Positions 37,188-46,081 of a DNA stretch of 64,000 bases are shown here, in pieces (the stretch's first letter is position 1; every line of letters starts with the position of its first letter). The stretch is from Actinomycetes bacterium (GTDB taxonomy: Bacteria; Actinomycetota; Acidimicrobiia; Spongiisociales; JAHEDJ01). The notes beneath the pieces are model-generated. The model ran no database searches and had not been told where the DNA came from. It saw nothing but the letters and a program-made list of their open reading frames with translations. The DNA lies in contig JAHEDK010000004.1 of NCBI GenBank assembly GCA_024641245.1, positions 6,584 to 70,583 on the forward strand, in the 5' to 3' direction. Position numbers and translations under genes: made by a program.

Positions 37188-37808
37188 TCAGCCTTCTTCC
37201 TTCACAGCGGCTAATTCTCGCCTCGTCAATATTGCATCGATGATGCCGTAGTCGACGGCTTGTTCGGCCAGCATCCAGAAATCACGCTCCGTGTCCGTGG
37301 CGACCTTCTCGACGTCCTGTCCACTGTGCTCGGCGAGAATCTCATTGAGCTGCTCACGCATCTGGATGATCAGCTTGGCTTGGATCTCGATATCGGACGC
37401 CTGCCCCTGCGCTCCGCCATGCGGTTGGTGGAGCATGATCCGACTGTGCGGGAGTCCGAATCGCTTGCCTTTGGCTCCCCCGGCCAGGATCACCGCCGAC
37501 GCCGAGGCCGCCATTCCCATGCACACCGTGCTGACATCGGGTTTGATGTACTGCATAGTGTCGTAGATCGCGAACAGCGACGTGATCGAACCGCCCGGCG
37601 AATTGATGTAGAGGAAGATGTCTTTGTCGGGATCTTCTGATTCGAGGTGAAGAAGCTGCGCCATGATGAGGTTGGCGATGGTGTCGTCGATGGGCGTCCC
37701 GAGGAAGATGATCCGATCCTTCAAGAGCCGGCTGTAGATGTCGTAGCCAACCTGCCCGCGGCTGGTCTGCTCGACCACAGTCGGCACCATGTAGTTCTCA
37801 AACGTCAT
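37188..37808 (-). CDS. clpP: ATP-dependent Clp protease proteolytic subunit
   Basis: Contains [30 protein letters not shown] and the catalytic GMAASAS. The ATG at 37808 is preferred (GGAGG 6 nt upstream, inside the tig 3-prime end); 37814 or 37790 are possible. Only one clpP copy is present in this window. Confidence 0.9.
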
Positions 37809-39183
37809 CTGCATCCTCCAAGGGCTCTTCATCCGAAGCCTCATCACCGGAATCCTCAATCGGTTCTTCGACCGGCGACAGGTCGACGGGTTGGCCTTGA
37901 CTATCAACGGCTACGGCAGCTTCCAACAGCGCGTCCAGCGCCTTGCGCCTCAGGATATCACTGCGCAGCTCTTTCTCCTGGTTCGTTTCCGCCAGTCGAG
38001 CGACGAGCTCATCCACATCTGTGTTCGTCTGCGACCCAAGTGCTCCAACCAGATCTCGGTACTCCCCCTCATCGAGCACGAGGTTGGCCGCCGGGATGAC
38101 CGCGTCGAGCAGCACGTTGGTACGGACGTTGCGATCGGCCTGACTCCTGAGGTCGTCTATGAAGGCTTGCTGGTCTTGTCCGGTGATCTGGAGATAGTCG
38201 GCGATCGATATCTTCTGCGACTCCAAACGGTGGGAGAACGAGTGGAAAATCGACTCCATCTCGCCGTCGACGATGGCGCCCGGAATCTCGATCTCCGCCT
38301 CATCGAGCAGGAGATCGAGCAGCTTGACCCGAAACTCGTTGCGTGCCGCGCTCAGCTTCATCTGCTGGATGCGCGCTCGCAGCGACTCGGAGAGTTGCTC
38401 AACCGTCTCGTATTCTGTGACATCGTCGACCCACTCGTCGGTCAATTCGGGCAGCCGCTTCTGCTTGACCTCCTTGACCAGGGCCTTGAAGTCCACAGTC
38501 TGTCCGGCTCGGTCGCCGAACCCGTCGGGGAGCGGAGCGCTGAAGCTGATGATTTCCCCGGCCGACGCGCCTTCGAGTTCAGGATCGATCCCATCGATAA
38601 ACGATCCCGAGCCGACCTCGTAGAGCAGATCTTCGGCAGCGGCCTCTTCGACCGATTGATCTCCATCGGTGGCGGAGAGGTTGATGCTCACATAGTCACC
38701 GGTGGTCGCCGATCGCTCGACGGACTCGAGTTCGGCGAACTGCTCACGCATCCGATCGACATTCTCAGTGATTTCCTCGTCGGTCACCTCGGTAGTGGTG
38801 ACCTCAACGTTTCGGCCGTCGTAGTGAGGAACAGTGTCGAGGGTCGGCCAGATGGTGACTCTCACGTCGACCTCGACTCCTTCCTCGATGTCCCGCATGT
38901 TCTCGACCGACGGAGTGACGGCGGGTTCCAATTCGAGCTCGCTGAGCGCTTCTGTGACGGCGGTAGGGAGCAGTTCCTCGATCGCCTCAGAACGAAGTCG
39001 GTCGGCGCCGACCGTCGCCTCAACGACGGGGCGGGGGGCCTTGCCCGGGCGGAACCCGGGAATCTTGAGCTCGCGAGCGAGCTTGCGAGCGGCCCCCGAC
39101 TTCGACTTGTCGATTTCGGTCTCAGGGATTTGGAGGGTGACCAGCTTTTCGAATGGCCCCTGGTCGGTCATGGTCGTGTTCAA
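37798..39183 (-). CDS. tig: trigger factor
   Basis: N-terminal ribosome-binding region (GFRPGKAPR), a PPIase-like middle and an acidic C-terminal tail. Confidence 0.9.
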
Positions 39184-39227
39184 TGCTGCTCCTCAGCTGA
39201 CAAACGGGCGCGCGCGGCGCCCGACGT

Positions 39228-39306
39228 TGGGGTGACCGACGGGATTCGAACCCGCGACATCCTGGACCACAACCAGGTGCTCTAACCAAGCTGAGCTACG
39301 GCCACC
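39228..39306 (-). tRNA. tRNA-His (GTG)
   Basis: Hand-folded cloverleaf: GGTGGCCGTAGCTCAG...CCTGG-TTGTGGT-CCAGG...GGTTCGAATCC...CACCCCA. Has the extra 5-prime G(-1) typical of tRNA-His. CCA is encoded. Confidence 0.9.
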
Positions 39307-39318
39307 ATGTGGCGGAAG

Positions 39319-39391
39319 CGCCCCCGGAGGGATTCGAACCCCCGACCAAGAGCTTAGAAGGCTCCTGCTCTGTCCACTGAGCTACAGGGGC
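39319..39391 (-). tRNA. tRNA-Arg (TCT)
   Basis: GCCCCTGTAGCTCAGTGGACAGAGC-A-GGAGC-CTTCTAA-GCTCT...GGTTCGAATCC...CGGGGGCG. Confidence 0.9.
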
Positions 39392-39409
39392 ACAGGTCGC
39401 TACCGCGTC

Positions 39410-39439
39410 GCGAAGAAATCGCCGGAGCGTTTTCTTCGC
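39410..39439 (-). terminator. hairpin immediately downstream of tRNA-Gly
   Basis: GCGAAGAAA-N12-TTTCTTCGC, a 9-bp stem. It could be a terminator or a processing signal. Confidence 0.3.
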
Positions 39440-39441
39440 CG

Positions 39442-39512
39442 AGCGGGTGAAGGGGATCGAACCCTCATAGCCAGCTTGGAAGGCTGGAGCTCTGCCATTG
39501 AGCTACACCCGC
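39442..39512 (-). tRNA. tRNA-Gly (TCC)
   Basis: GCGGGTGTAGCTCAATGGCAGAGC-T-CCAGC-CTTCCAA-GCTGG...GGTTCGATCC...CACCCGCT. Confidence 0.9.
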
Positions 39513-39537
39513 GTATTTGCGCCCGCAAGGATAACAA

Positions 39538-39558
39538 GAGTGACGAGTCACGAGTCAC
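39538..39558. repeat. three tandem heptamers GAGT(G/C)AC
   Basis: GAGTGAC GAGTCAC GAGTCAC lies in the spacer between tRNA-Pro and tRNA-Gly. Confidence 0.6.
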
Positions 39559-39609
39559 TGCTAGCCGAGAAGGCGGCGGGTTGGAGTTTGGCGAAGCCAA
39601 TACTCCTAT

Positions 39610-39634
39610 TTGATTGAACCTCCGGTTCAATCAA
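39610..39634 (-). terminator. perfect 11-bp AT-rich hairpin downstream of tRNA-Pro
   Basis: TTGATTGAACC-TCC-GGTTCAATCAA begins 4 nt after the tRNA-Pro 3-prime end. It is unusually AT-rich for this genome. Confidence 0.4.
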
Positions 39635-39637
39635 ACG

Positions 39638-39711
39638 TCGGGCTGGCCGGATTCGAACCGGCGACCCCCTGCTCCCAAAGCAGGTGCGCTACCAAGCTGC
39701 GCCACAGCCCG
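39638..39711 (-). tRNA. tRNA-Pro (TGG)
   Basis: CGGGCTGTGGCGCAGCTTGGTAGCGC-A-CCTGC-TTTGGGA-GCAGG...GGTTCGAATCC...CAGCCCGA. Confidence 0.9.
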
Positions 39712-39871
39712 TGATGAAAGCCTCGCGGCTTGCCGTACAAGGTACTAGGTGGAGGAGCACATAGACACATCGCGTTCCAACCGAGCAGAGCGCGGGTGCC
39801 ACTGAGTGAAGGCCTGCGTACGGCTCTGCACCTACTACGTTCCTCCTCACGACACTGAAGGGACCCCGACG

Positions 39872-40576
39872 ATGCTGACCAGAATCCGCGGTGCACTAAT
39901 CCTGACTCGGCTCCTCTCGCCCTTCTTGTTGGCGCTCGCCTTGTTGCTGATCACCAGCCTGGCGATTCGCGATATCCGGGAGGCATCCGGCGCGTACGGG
40001 GAAGCGATGGCGGCGCGGGTCGATGCGATCCAAATCGACCTAAGCGCTGCATCAGAGGGACTCGAGACCATCAGTGCCTTCGTGGGAAAGTCCAGAGATG
40101 CCGTGGCCGCGCAAGCCGACGCGCTTCGATCCCTCACCGATCGGATCAGGATCTCTCTTCCCGAGATCCCGGTAATCAATTTCGACCTTCCCGACCTGGA
40201 CTTCCAGGTCCCGGGAGTGACGCAGTTGAAAGCGCTGGGGGCTGATCTCGCCGAGGCCGGGCGCGCAGTCGGGGAGGACCTGGCGGCAGTCGCGGCGCTC
40301 GGTGAAGTGCCTCAGGAGATACGAGCGGTGGCGGCCGATACGAAGACGTATGCGACGGGAATCTGGAATACGACCTTCCGCTGGGTACGTGCGGTGCTCA
40401 TCATGATCGTTCTCGCATTGACCGCCCTCGTTCTAGGTCGTCTGGCCGTCTTCCTGCAGGAGTTCCAGACCGGTTGGCGAATGCTGCGATACGGTGACGA
40501 CTCCGGCGCTGTGGAGTCGATCCACAGGCTCGAGGCGCGAGTTCGCAGACTCGAGCGCGCGCTGGCAGGGGGATGA
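39872..40576 (+). CDS. hypothetical two-TM membrane protein
   Basis: Start set at MLTRIRGALILTRLLSPFLLALALLLITSLAI. An Ala/Leu-rich helical region of about 150 aa lies between the TM segments. Second TM is VLIMIVLALTALVLGRLAVFL, and the tail is coiled-coil-like. No family recognised. Confidence 0.5.
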   Translation: MLTRIRGALILTRLLSPFLLALALLLITSLAIRDIREASGAYGEAMAARVDAIQIDLSAASEGLETISAFVGKSRDAVAAQADALRSLTDRIRISLPEIPVINFDLPDLDFQVPGVTQLKALGADLAEAGRAVGEDLAAVAALGEVPQEIRAVAADTKTYATGIWNTTFRWVRAVLIMIVLALTALVLGRLAVFLQEFQTGWRMLRYGDDSGAVESIHRLEARVRRLERALAGG

Positions 40577-40619
40577 AGCATCGGACGGTCTTGTCACACC
40601 GACGAGGTACGTTCGAGGA

Positions 40620-41368
40620 ATGAAGCCGAACTTGCCCGCCCAACTTCGCCAGGCTGTCGCCGGATGGGATCGGCTGTCACGCTGGGAACGATCCGAACTG
40701 GGCCGGGCCGTCCGGCGGCTCGGTTGGTCCCACGGCGAGATCATGGAACTGATCCCGGTGCCAAAGGGTACATTGGCCAACTGGTGCCGAGACATCCGAC
40801 TATCTGAACAACAGATTCAAGAGATAGCCGGCCGAACCTCGTCACGTCGCGGTGTACCGCGTGACACCCAGAGAAGCGCAGGGCAACCACGGAGAGAATC
40901 CGGTCGAGTGCTCGACTGGAAGTGCCGACGTTGGTACGTGATCAACTGTGGCTGGCGGGAACCGTGATGTACTGGGCGGAAGGAGCCAAAGCGAAGCGTC
41001 AGCTCGATCTGGCAAACTCCGATCCGCGGGTGCACCGTCTCTTCATCGCTTGGGTCAGAGCCCATCTCAACTCCGACCCCGTCTTCGTCCTTCACCTTCA
41101 ATTACACCATGGGAACGACGAACCGCAGGCGCGCCAGTTCTGGAAAGACACGCTCGGCCTTCAGGAAGTCCAGTTCTACCGGACATTCTTCAAGTCCGCT
41201 GGAACCGGACACCGGAAGAACCATCTTGAGCATGGCGTGTTGCGCGTCCGAGTGCGCCGGTCGACTGATGCTTGGTTTCGAGTTATGGGTTGGATTGATG
41301 GCCTGGCCGAAGAACTGGCCGTTTCCAGCGAAGAGGGATCTGGCGCTATCCTATCGCCGGGTCGCTAG
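40620..41368 (+). pseudogene. frameshifted HTH-domain gene with LAGLIDADG-like C-terminal half
   Basis: Frame 1 (40620-) encodes an HTH-like region: GWSHGEIMELIPVPKGTLANWCRDIRLSEQQ. It degenerates into a W/C/R-rich tail after about 40870.

A second frame is open from 40865 and reads ...KRRATTERIRSSARLEVPTLVRDQLWLAGTVMYWAEGAK... through to 41368. A single-nt shift near 40865-40875 would join the two. The last 10 nt overlap tRNA-Lys. Confidence 0.5.
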
Positions 41369-41432
41369 CTCAATTCGGCAGAGCAACGGACTCTTAATCC
41401 GCAGGTTCGGGGTTCAAGTCCCCGGCGACCCA
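41359..41432 (+). tRNA. tRNA-Lys (CTT)
   Basis: GGGTCGCTAGCTCAATTCGGCAGAGC-A-ACGGA-CTCTTAA-TCCGC...GGTTCAAGTCC...GCGACCCA. Confidence 0.9.
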
Positions 41433-41482
41433 CGTTACGATCCCGGCACCTGTCACAATGTGTCGGGATCGTCGCGTACAGA

Positions 41483-41565
41483 GCGGGCGTGGCGGAACTG
41501 GAAGACGCGCCAGGCTTAGGACCTGGTGGGCAATGCCCGTGGAGGTTCGAGTCCTCTCGCCCGCA
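41483..41565 (+). tRNA. tRNA-Leu (TAG)
   Basis: GCGGGCGTGGCGGAACTGG...CCAGG-CTTAGGA-CCTGG, a long variable arm TGGGCAATGCCCGT, and GGTTCGAGTCC...CGCCCGCA. Confidence 0.9.
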
Positions 41566-41567
41566 CG

Positions 41568-41599
41568 TTTGCCGGACTTCGTCCGGCAAATTGGATTTG
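41568..41599 (+). terminator. rho-independent terminator after tRNA-Leu
   Basis: TTTGCCGGAC-TTC-GTCCGGCAAA, a 10-bp stem, followed by TTGGATTTG. Confidence 0.7.
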
Positions 41600-41752
41600 C
41601 CGCGCAACTCCCGCCACCCCAAGACACACGTACTGCTCCCGCCCCACGCCCGTCGGGCAAAGCTCGACAAGTTCGAGTTTGCCTGTGGCATCCCACCTAT
41701 ACCGGCTCATGCTTTCGACAGGTTCGACGAAGGTAGGGCGAGGACACCCGGG

Positions 41753-42334
41753 CTAGCGCTCGAAGTCCGCCAGTTTCTTCGCCAGTGCCTGGAGCGCGCG
41801 CGCACGATGGCTGATCCGGTGCTTCTCCCCGCCCATCTCGGAAAAGGTCAGACCGGACACCTCGAACACCGGGTCGTATCCGAATCCTCCGGTCCCCCGT
41901 CGCTCGTCCGTGATGAGCCCTTCGACGAAACCTTCAGCAGTGATGGCGCCCGACCCGTCTACCAACGCGACCGCGGTCCGGAATCGGGCCGACCGATCCG
42001 TCACTCCGTCGAGCTCACGAAGGAGCCGATCGACGTTGTCTGCGTAGGTCGCTTCGGGGCCTGCAAATCGAGCCGTGTGCACTCCGGGTGCGCCGCCCAG
42101 GGCGTCGACCTCGAGACCCGTGTCATCTGCCAGTGCCGGGAGTCCCGTCGCTTCTGCGACGGCCGTTGCCTTCAGCAGTGCGTTCCCGACCAGAGTGGGC
42201 TCGGTCTCCTCGACATCCGGCCAGTCCAATCCGCGAACGATCTCACCCACGAGATTCAGCCCAGACAGGACCGCTTCGACCTCGGCGATCTTGTCGGGAT
42301 TCTTCGAGGCGACTACGAGTCGCTCAATCCTCAT
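41753..42334 (-). CDS. rdgB: non-canonical purine NTP pyrophosphatase (RdgB/HAM1)
   Basis: Contains SKNPDKIAEV, DDTGLEVDALGGAPGV, GGFGYDPVF and SHRARAL. Confidence 0.9.
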   Translation of the reverse strand: MRIERLVVASKNPDKIAEVEAVLSGLNLVGEIVRGLDWPDVEETEPTLVGNALLKATAVAEATGLPALADDTGLEVDALGGAPGVHTARFAGPEATYADNVDRLLRELDGVTDRSARFRTAVALVDGSGAITAEGFVEGLITDERRGTGGFGYDPVFEVSGLTFSEMGGEKHRISHRARALQALAKKLADFER

Positions 42335-43038
42335 TCAGCGACGATCTCGCGCTGCAGGGCGACAAGTTCACGGATGCCCGCTTCTGCGGTGTCCAGGATC
42401 TGTTCCAGTTCGAGCCGGGTGTACGGCTGACCCTCGGCCGTACCCTGCACCTCGACGAGAAGACCTCTGCCGGTCATCACCACGTTGAAATCCACTTCCG
42501 CCGCCACGTCGTCCACGTACTCGAGATCGAGCAACACCCTTCCCTCAACGATCCCAACGGAGATCGCCGCCACCTGATCGATGATCGGAACCTCTCCAAT
42601 GAGCCCTCTCCCTTTCGACCACGTCAATGCATCGTGGAGGGCCACCCAGGCCCCGGTGACGGCCGCCGTCCTCGTACCGCCGTCGGCCTGCAGCACATCG
42701 CAATCGACCCGAATCGTCAGCTGTTCCATACCCTCGAGACGAACAATCGAACGCAGCGACCGACCGATCAATCGGGAAATCTCCTTCGACCTTCCCCCTG
42801 TGTAGGCGTCCCGGCGGATCCGTTGCGGCGAGGACCCCGGCAACATGCCGTATTCCGCCGTCACCCAACCTTTCCCCGCATCTCGCATCCAGCGGGGTAC
42901 GTCCTCTTCGACGGCGGCGGTGCACAACACCCTGGTCTCACCCATCTCGATGAGGACGGAGCCCGGCGTCATTTCGGTGTAGCCCCGGGTCATACGCACG
43001 GGTCTCAGTTCATTCGCAGGTCGGTCACGATGGCCCAT
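42331..43038 (-). CDS. rph: ribonuclease PH
   Basis: Contains RPVRMTRGY, GWVTAEYGMLP and DCDVLQADGGTRTA. Overlaps the rdgB start by 4 nt. Confidence 0.95.
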   Translation of the reverse strand: MGHRDRPANELRPVRMTRGYTEMTPGSVLIEMGETRVLCTAAVEEDVPRWMRDAGKGWVTAEYGMLPGSSPQRIRRDAYTGGRSKEISRLIGRSLRSIVRLEGMEQLTIRVDCDVLQADGGTRTAAVTGAWVALHDALTWSKGRGLIGEVPIIDQVAAISVGIVEGRVLLDLEYVDDVAAEVDFNVVMTGRGLLVEVQGTAEGQPYTRLELEQILDTAEAGIRELVALQREIVAE

Positions 43039-43083
43039 GTGGAATTGCCTCTCGACTGGGACGACGTACGCATTCTTGCAGCG

Positions 43084-43848
43084 CTACACCTTGACGCTGA
43101 CGCCGGGAACCGCCAGCGCCACCGGGCGGCCAAATGTCCCCTCGGCTTCGGCGACACTGCGGGAAGGATCGAGCGTCGGCCAGATGTGGGTCACCATCAA
43201 CGCCCCAGCACCTGCAGCCCTGGCAATCTCGCCGGCTTCGCCGGCAGTGAGATGGTGCGGCCACGGCTTGTCGACTCCCGCGCCCTGATAGGTCGCCTCG
43301 CAGAGCAGCAGGTTGGTCCCTTCGGCCAGCTCGGCCAATCCCCCGCCCACACCCGTGTCGGCGCTGAAGGTGAGACTACGACCGTCGGCCTCAATGCGGA
43401 CGCACAGGGTGGGCACCGGATGTTCGGCTATTGCAAACCTCAAGGTCAGAGGCCCCAGCCGGGTAGAACTGCCGGCCCCCATGACCTGGAAATCGAGAAC
43501 ATCTGAAACGGGGTGGCCGCCCCTGATACGTGGCTCGCCTCCCTCGAGGAACCCCACCAGTCGATCCTCCAGTCCCTCCGGAACGTAGGTCGGGAAAGTC
43601 AACCCGGGTTGACGACCGAAGCGCATGGCGTGGTAGAAACCGAAGATATCGAGGCAGTGGTCACCGTGCACATGGGTCAGCACGATTCCATCGAGGTCAC
43701 CCGGATCGATCTGATCCTGAAGTGCGGCGAACGTGCCGGGACCGGCGTCCATCCAGACATGGGTCCCGTTGTGCTCCACCAGGTATCCGGACGGAGGACG
43801 GCCCGGCGTACCGTATGTTCCGTTGGACCCGAGAACCGTGAGTTGCAC
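43084..43848 (-). CDS. MBL-fold metallo-hydrolase (M. tuberculosis Rv1339-like position)
   Basis: HVHGDHCLD (the HxHxDH motif). Start set at the GTG at 43848 (VQLTVLGSNGTYG), because the longer ORF runs into the JAMM gene. Its position directly upstream of rph-rdgB mirrors mycobacterial synteny. Confidence 0.75.
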   Translation of the reverse strand: MQLTVLGSNGTYGTPGRPPSGYLVEHNGTHVWMDAGPGTFAALQDQIDPGDLDGIVLTHVHGDHCLDIFGFYHAMRFGRQPGLTFPTYVPEGLEDRLVGFLEGGEPRIRGGHPVSDVLDFQVMGAGSSTRLGPLTLRFAIAEHPVPTLCVRIEADGRSLTFSADTGVGGGLAELAEGTNLLLCEATYQGAGVDKPWPHHLTAGEAGEIARAAGAGALMVTHIWPTLDPSRSVAEAEGTFGRPVALAVPGVSVKV

Positions 43849-43951
43849 CAGGGAAGTGTAGGGAGCGGTAGAGGTTGTGGGTTCTAGTGGTCCGTCGCAA
43901 GAGTGGTGGGAGGGTATCTCCAAGGCATGGGCGGCGAATCGCTCACTGCAC

Positions 43952-44389
43952 TCATTTGTGCGACGGGCCACTCGGTTGTGGGTCTTGTAGCCGATCCAAA
44001 ACAAGCGCCTCCTCAGCGACAACTCCATCGCGAATCCGGTACGCCCTGATCTCCGGGTCGGCGGACTCGACCATTCCAACTATCACATACACCCAGTCGG
44101 GCTCCAGAGCCTGGTGGCGATCAATACTCGATGGAAACGCGGCGCTGCCGGTGTGAGAGTGAAACGCGCCGACCAGCTCCCATCCGTTTCGCTCAGCATG
44201 CTGTAAAGACCGAAAGTGCTCAGTCGGGTCGACCATGTACGTCACGGGAGAACGGTCTGCATTCGTCAGGCAGTAGCACATGCGCAGTGCACCGGTTTCG
44301 TCGGCCGCCAGCAGCCCGCAAGCCTCATTGGGAAACTCGAATCGGGCGTGAGCGATCATCGCCTCGTAGATCAGTGTGGGAACGCGCAT
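43952..44389 (-). CDS. JAMM/MPN+ (Mov34) metalloprotease, Mec-like
   Basis: NEACGLL (the Glu) plus HSHTGSAAFPSSID (HxHx7Sx2D). Confidence 0.8.
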   Translation of the reverse strand: MRVPTLIYEAMIAHARFEFPNEACGLLAADETGALRMCYCLTNADRSPVTYMVDPTEHFRSLQHAERNGWELVGAFHSHTGSAAFPSSIDRHQALEPDWVYVIVGMVESADPEIRAYRIRDGVVAEEALVLDRLQDPQPSGPSHK

Positions 44390-44426
44390 CGACTCACTCG
44401 ATATCCGGGTCGGTCGTTACGAAGGT

Positions 44427-45065
44427 TCATGCCACCAGCGGGACTACCCACAACCATACGACGAGATAGTGAGCAACGGACCCGGCGATGACTAGCACAT
44501 GGAATAGCTCGTGATGTGAAAACACCCTGGGAAAGAGCTTCGGTCGGCTCGTAGCGAAGATCACCATCCCGACGGTGTACGACAAGCCCCCGAGAAAAAG
44601 GAACACGATTGCCTCCACCGGGAGACGTCGAGCGATCTCGGTAATCGGGACTACCGCGATCCACCCCATGGTCGTCTGCAAGGTGACCGAAAACCATGTG
44701 TGCACTTTGGGGAACAACAGCTTCTGACCGATTCCGACGATTGCGATTCCCCACACGACCGCCAGGGTGGCCGAACGCCACCGGCCTTCCAGCACGTTGT
44801 ATGCGATGGGTGTGTACGACCCGGCGATCAACAGGAATATCATCGAATGATCAAGACGCTGCATCCGCTTCTTCCATGTGCTGTTCCAAGGAACGGAGTG
44901 GTAGAGGCTGCTCGTGGTATAGAGCAGGGTGAGGCTGACGCCAAAGAACACCATCGACCACATGCTCGGTCGGTTGTCCATCGTTCGAACGATCAGGTTG
45001 ACAAGGCCGGCCACCGACAGAACCGCGGCGGTTCCATGCAGCATGCCCCGGACGGGGTTTTGCAT
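44427..45065 (-). CDS. hemolysin III / PAQR family membrane protein
   Basis: LHGTAAV, SSLYHS, DHSMIFLLIAGSYTP and HELFHVLVIAGSVAHY. Start uncertain: ATG at 45065 chosen, and the ORF extends to 45287. Confidence 0.8.
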   Translation of the reverse strand: MQNPVRGMLHGTAAVLSVAGLVNLIVRTMDNRPSMWSMVFFGVSLTLLYTTSSLYHSVPWNSTWKKRMQRLDHSMIFLLIAGSYTPIAYNVLEGRWRSATLAVVWGIAIVGIGQKLLFPKVHTWFSVTLQTTMGWIAVVPITEIARRLPVEAIVFLFLGGLSYTVGMVIFATSRPKLFPRVFSHHELFHVLVIAGSVAHYLVVWLWVVPLVA

Positions 45066-45225
45066 TCGTCCGAGCGTTGCGCGTTCCACCGGGTTAACGG
45101 TAAGCGATCCGTGGCCGTACCGGAGCGGAGCGTTCGCCGGCGGTGGGCGGGACCTGCGACGTTTCAAGCCTGGCCACCCCTTTACACCACGCAGAGTGGT
45201 CGTTATTGTGCTGAGGGGAGGCAAG

Positions 45226-46053
45226 ATGCACATCATACGGGCCGGCTTCACGATCGTCATCACCCTCAGCATGGTGATCGCCACCATGGTTCCCGCTCAG
45301 GCACTTGGTCGGCGCGCCCTGTGGGTGTGGGATGGGCCGGTTGACGGGGTCATCACATTCGCGGTGGACCACGGCATCACCGACCTCTACCTCCATTCCC
45401 CGCCCGGTTTCTCCGGCAGCCCTCTCTACGCCCCATTCATCGAAAGCGCCCATGCAGTGGGTCTCGAGGTCTTCGCGATGGCCGGGGATCCATTGTGGGC
45501 ATCGAACGTCTCGCCCTGGAGCGAATGGGTAGACGAGGTCGTCGGTTTCGATGCGTTCGATGGTCTGGTATTCGACGTGGAGCCATACCTGGACCCAGAC
45601 TGGAACACGAAGCGACGGAACCGGCTGATCCGGTCGTATCTGGCAGGACTCGACGAAGCTGCGCTTCACGCAGGCACTCTTCCGGTCCACACGGCAGTTC
45701 CGTTCTGGTGGGACGATCCGGCCTACCGTGTGAAGCGGAAAGCCCTTGTCGAGTTCGTCCTGGAACGCTCAGATGGCGTCGTGGTCATGGCCTACCGGGA
45801 TCAGGCGGCCGGACCCGACGGCATACTCTCCCTCTCGCAGAACGAAGCGGAGCTGGCCGCTTCGATGGGCAAGCTATTCACTATCGGTATCGAGACTGCA
45901 CCGGTCGGGTTGGACAAGGTGTCGTTCGCCGAAGAGGGCACACTGGCCATGGAGATTGAACTTGCGGTAGTTGAGGCCGCGTATTCGGCCGTCCCACAGT
46001 ATGCCGGAATCGCGATCCATCACTACTCCTCGTACGCATCCATGGAGAACTGA
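45226..46053 (+). CDS. secreted hypothetical protein, possibly glycoside-hydrolase-like TIM barrel
   Basis: ATG at 45226 with GGGGAGG upstream. Signal-like MHIIRAGFTIVITLSMVIATMVPAQA. RALWVWD and DGLVFDVEPY are reminiscent of GH-like hypothetical families. The function is not verifiable here. Confidence 0.5.
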   Translation: MHIIRAGFTIVITLSMVIATMVPAQALGRRALWVWDGPVDGVITFAVDHGITDLYLHSPPGFSGSPLYAPFIESAHAVGLEVFAMAGDPLWASNVSPWSEWVDEVVGFDAFDGLVFDVEPYLDPDWNTKRRNRLIRSYLAGLDEAALHAGTLPVHTAVPFWWDDPAYRVKRKALVEFVLERSDGVVVMAYRDQAAGPDGILSLSQNEAELAASMGKLFTIGIETAPVGLDKVSFAEEGTLAMEIELAVVEAAYSAVPQYAGIAIHHYSSYASMEN

Positions 46054-46081
46054 TCGCCGGACCGCCAGGGCGCCGCCGCGC

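Noticed and set aside
40494-40619. An upstream extension of the HTH ORF that overlaps the end of the two-TM gene.
   Set aside because: GAGGAA-ATG at 40620 gives a sensible start. The extension overlaps the preceding gene in another frame.
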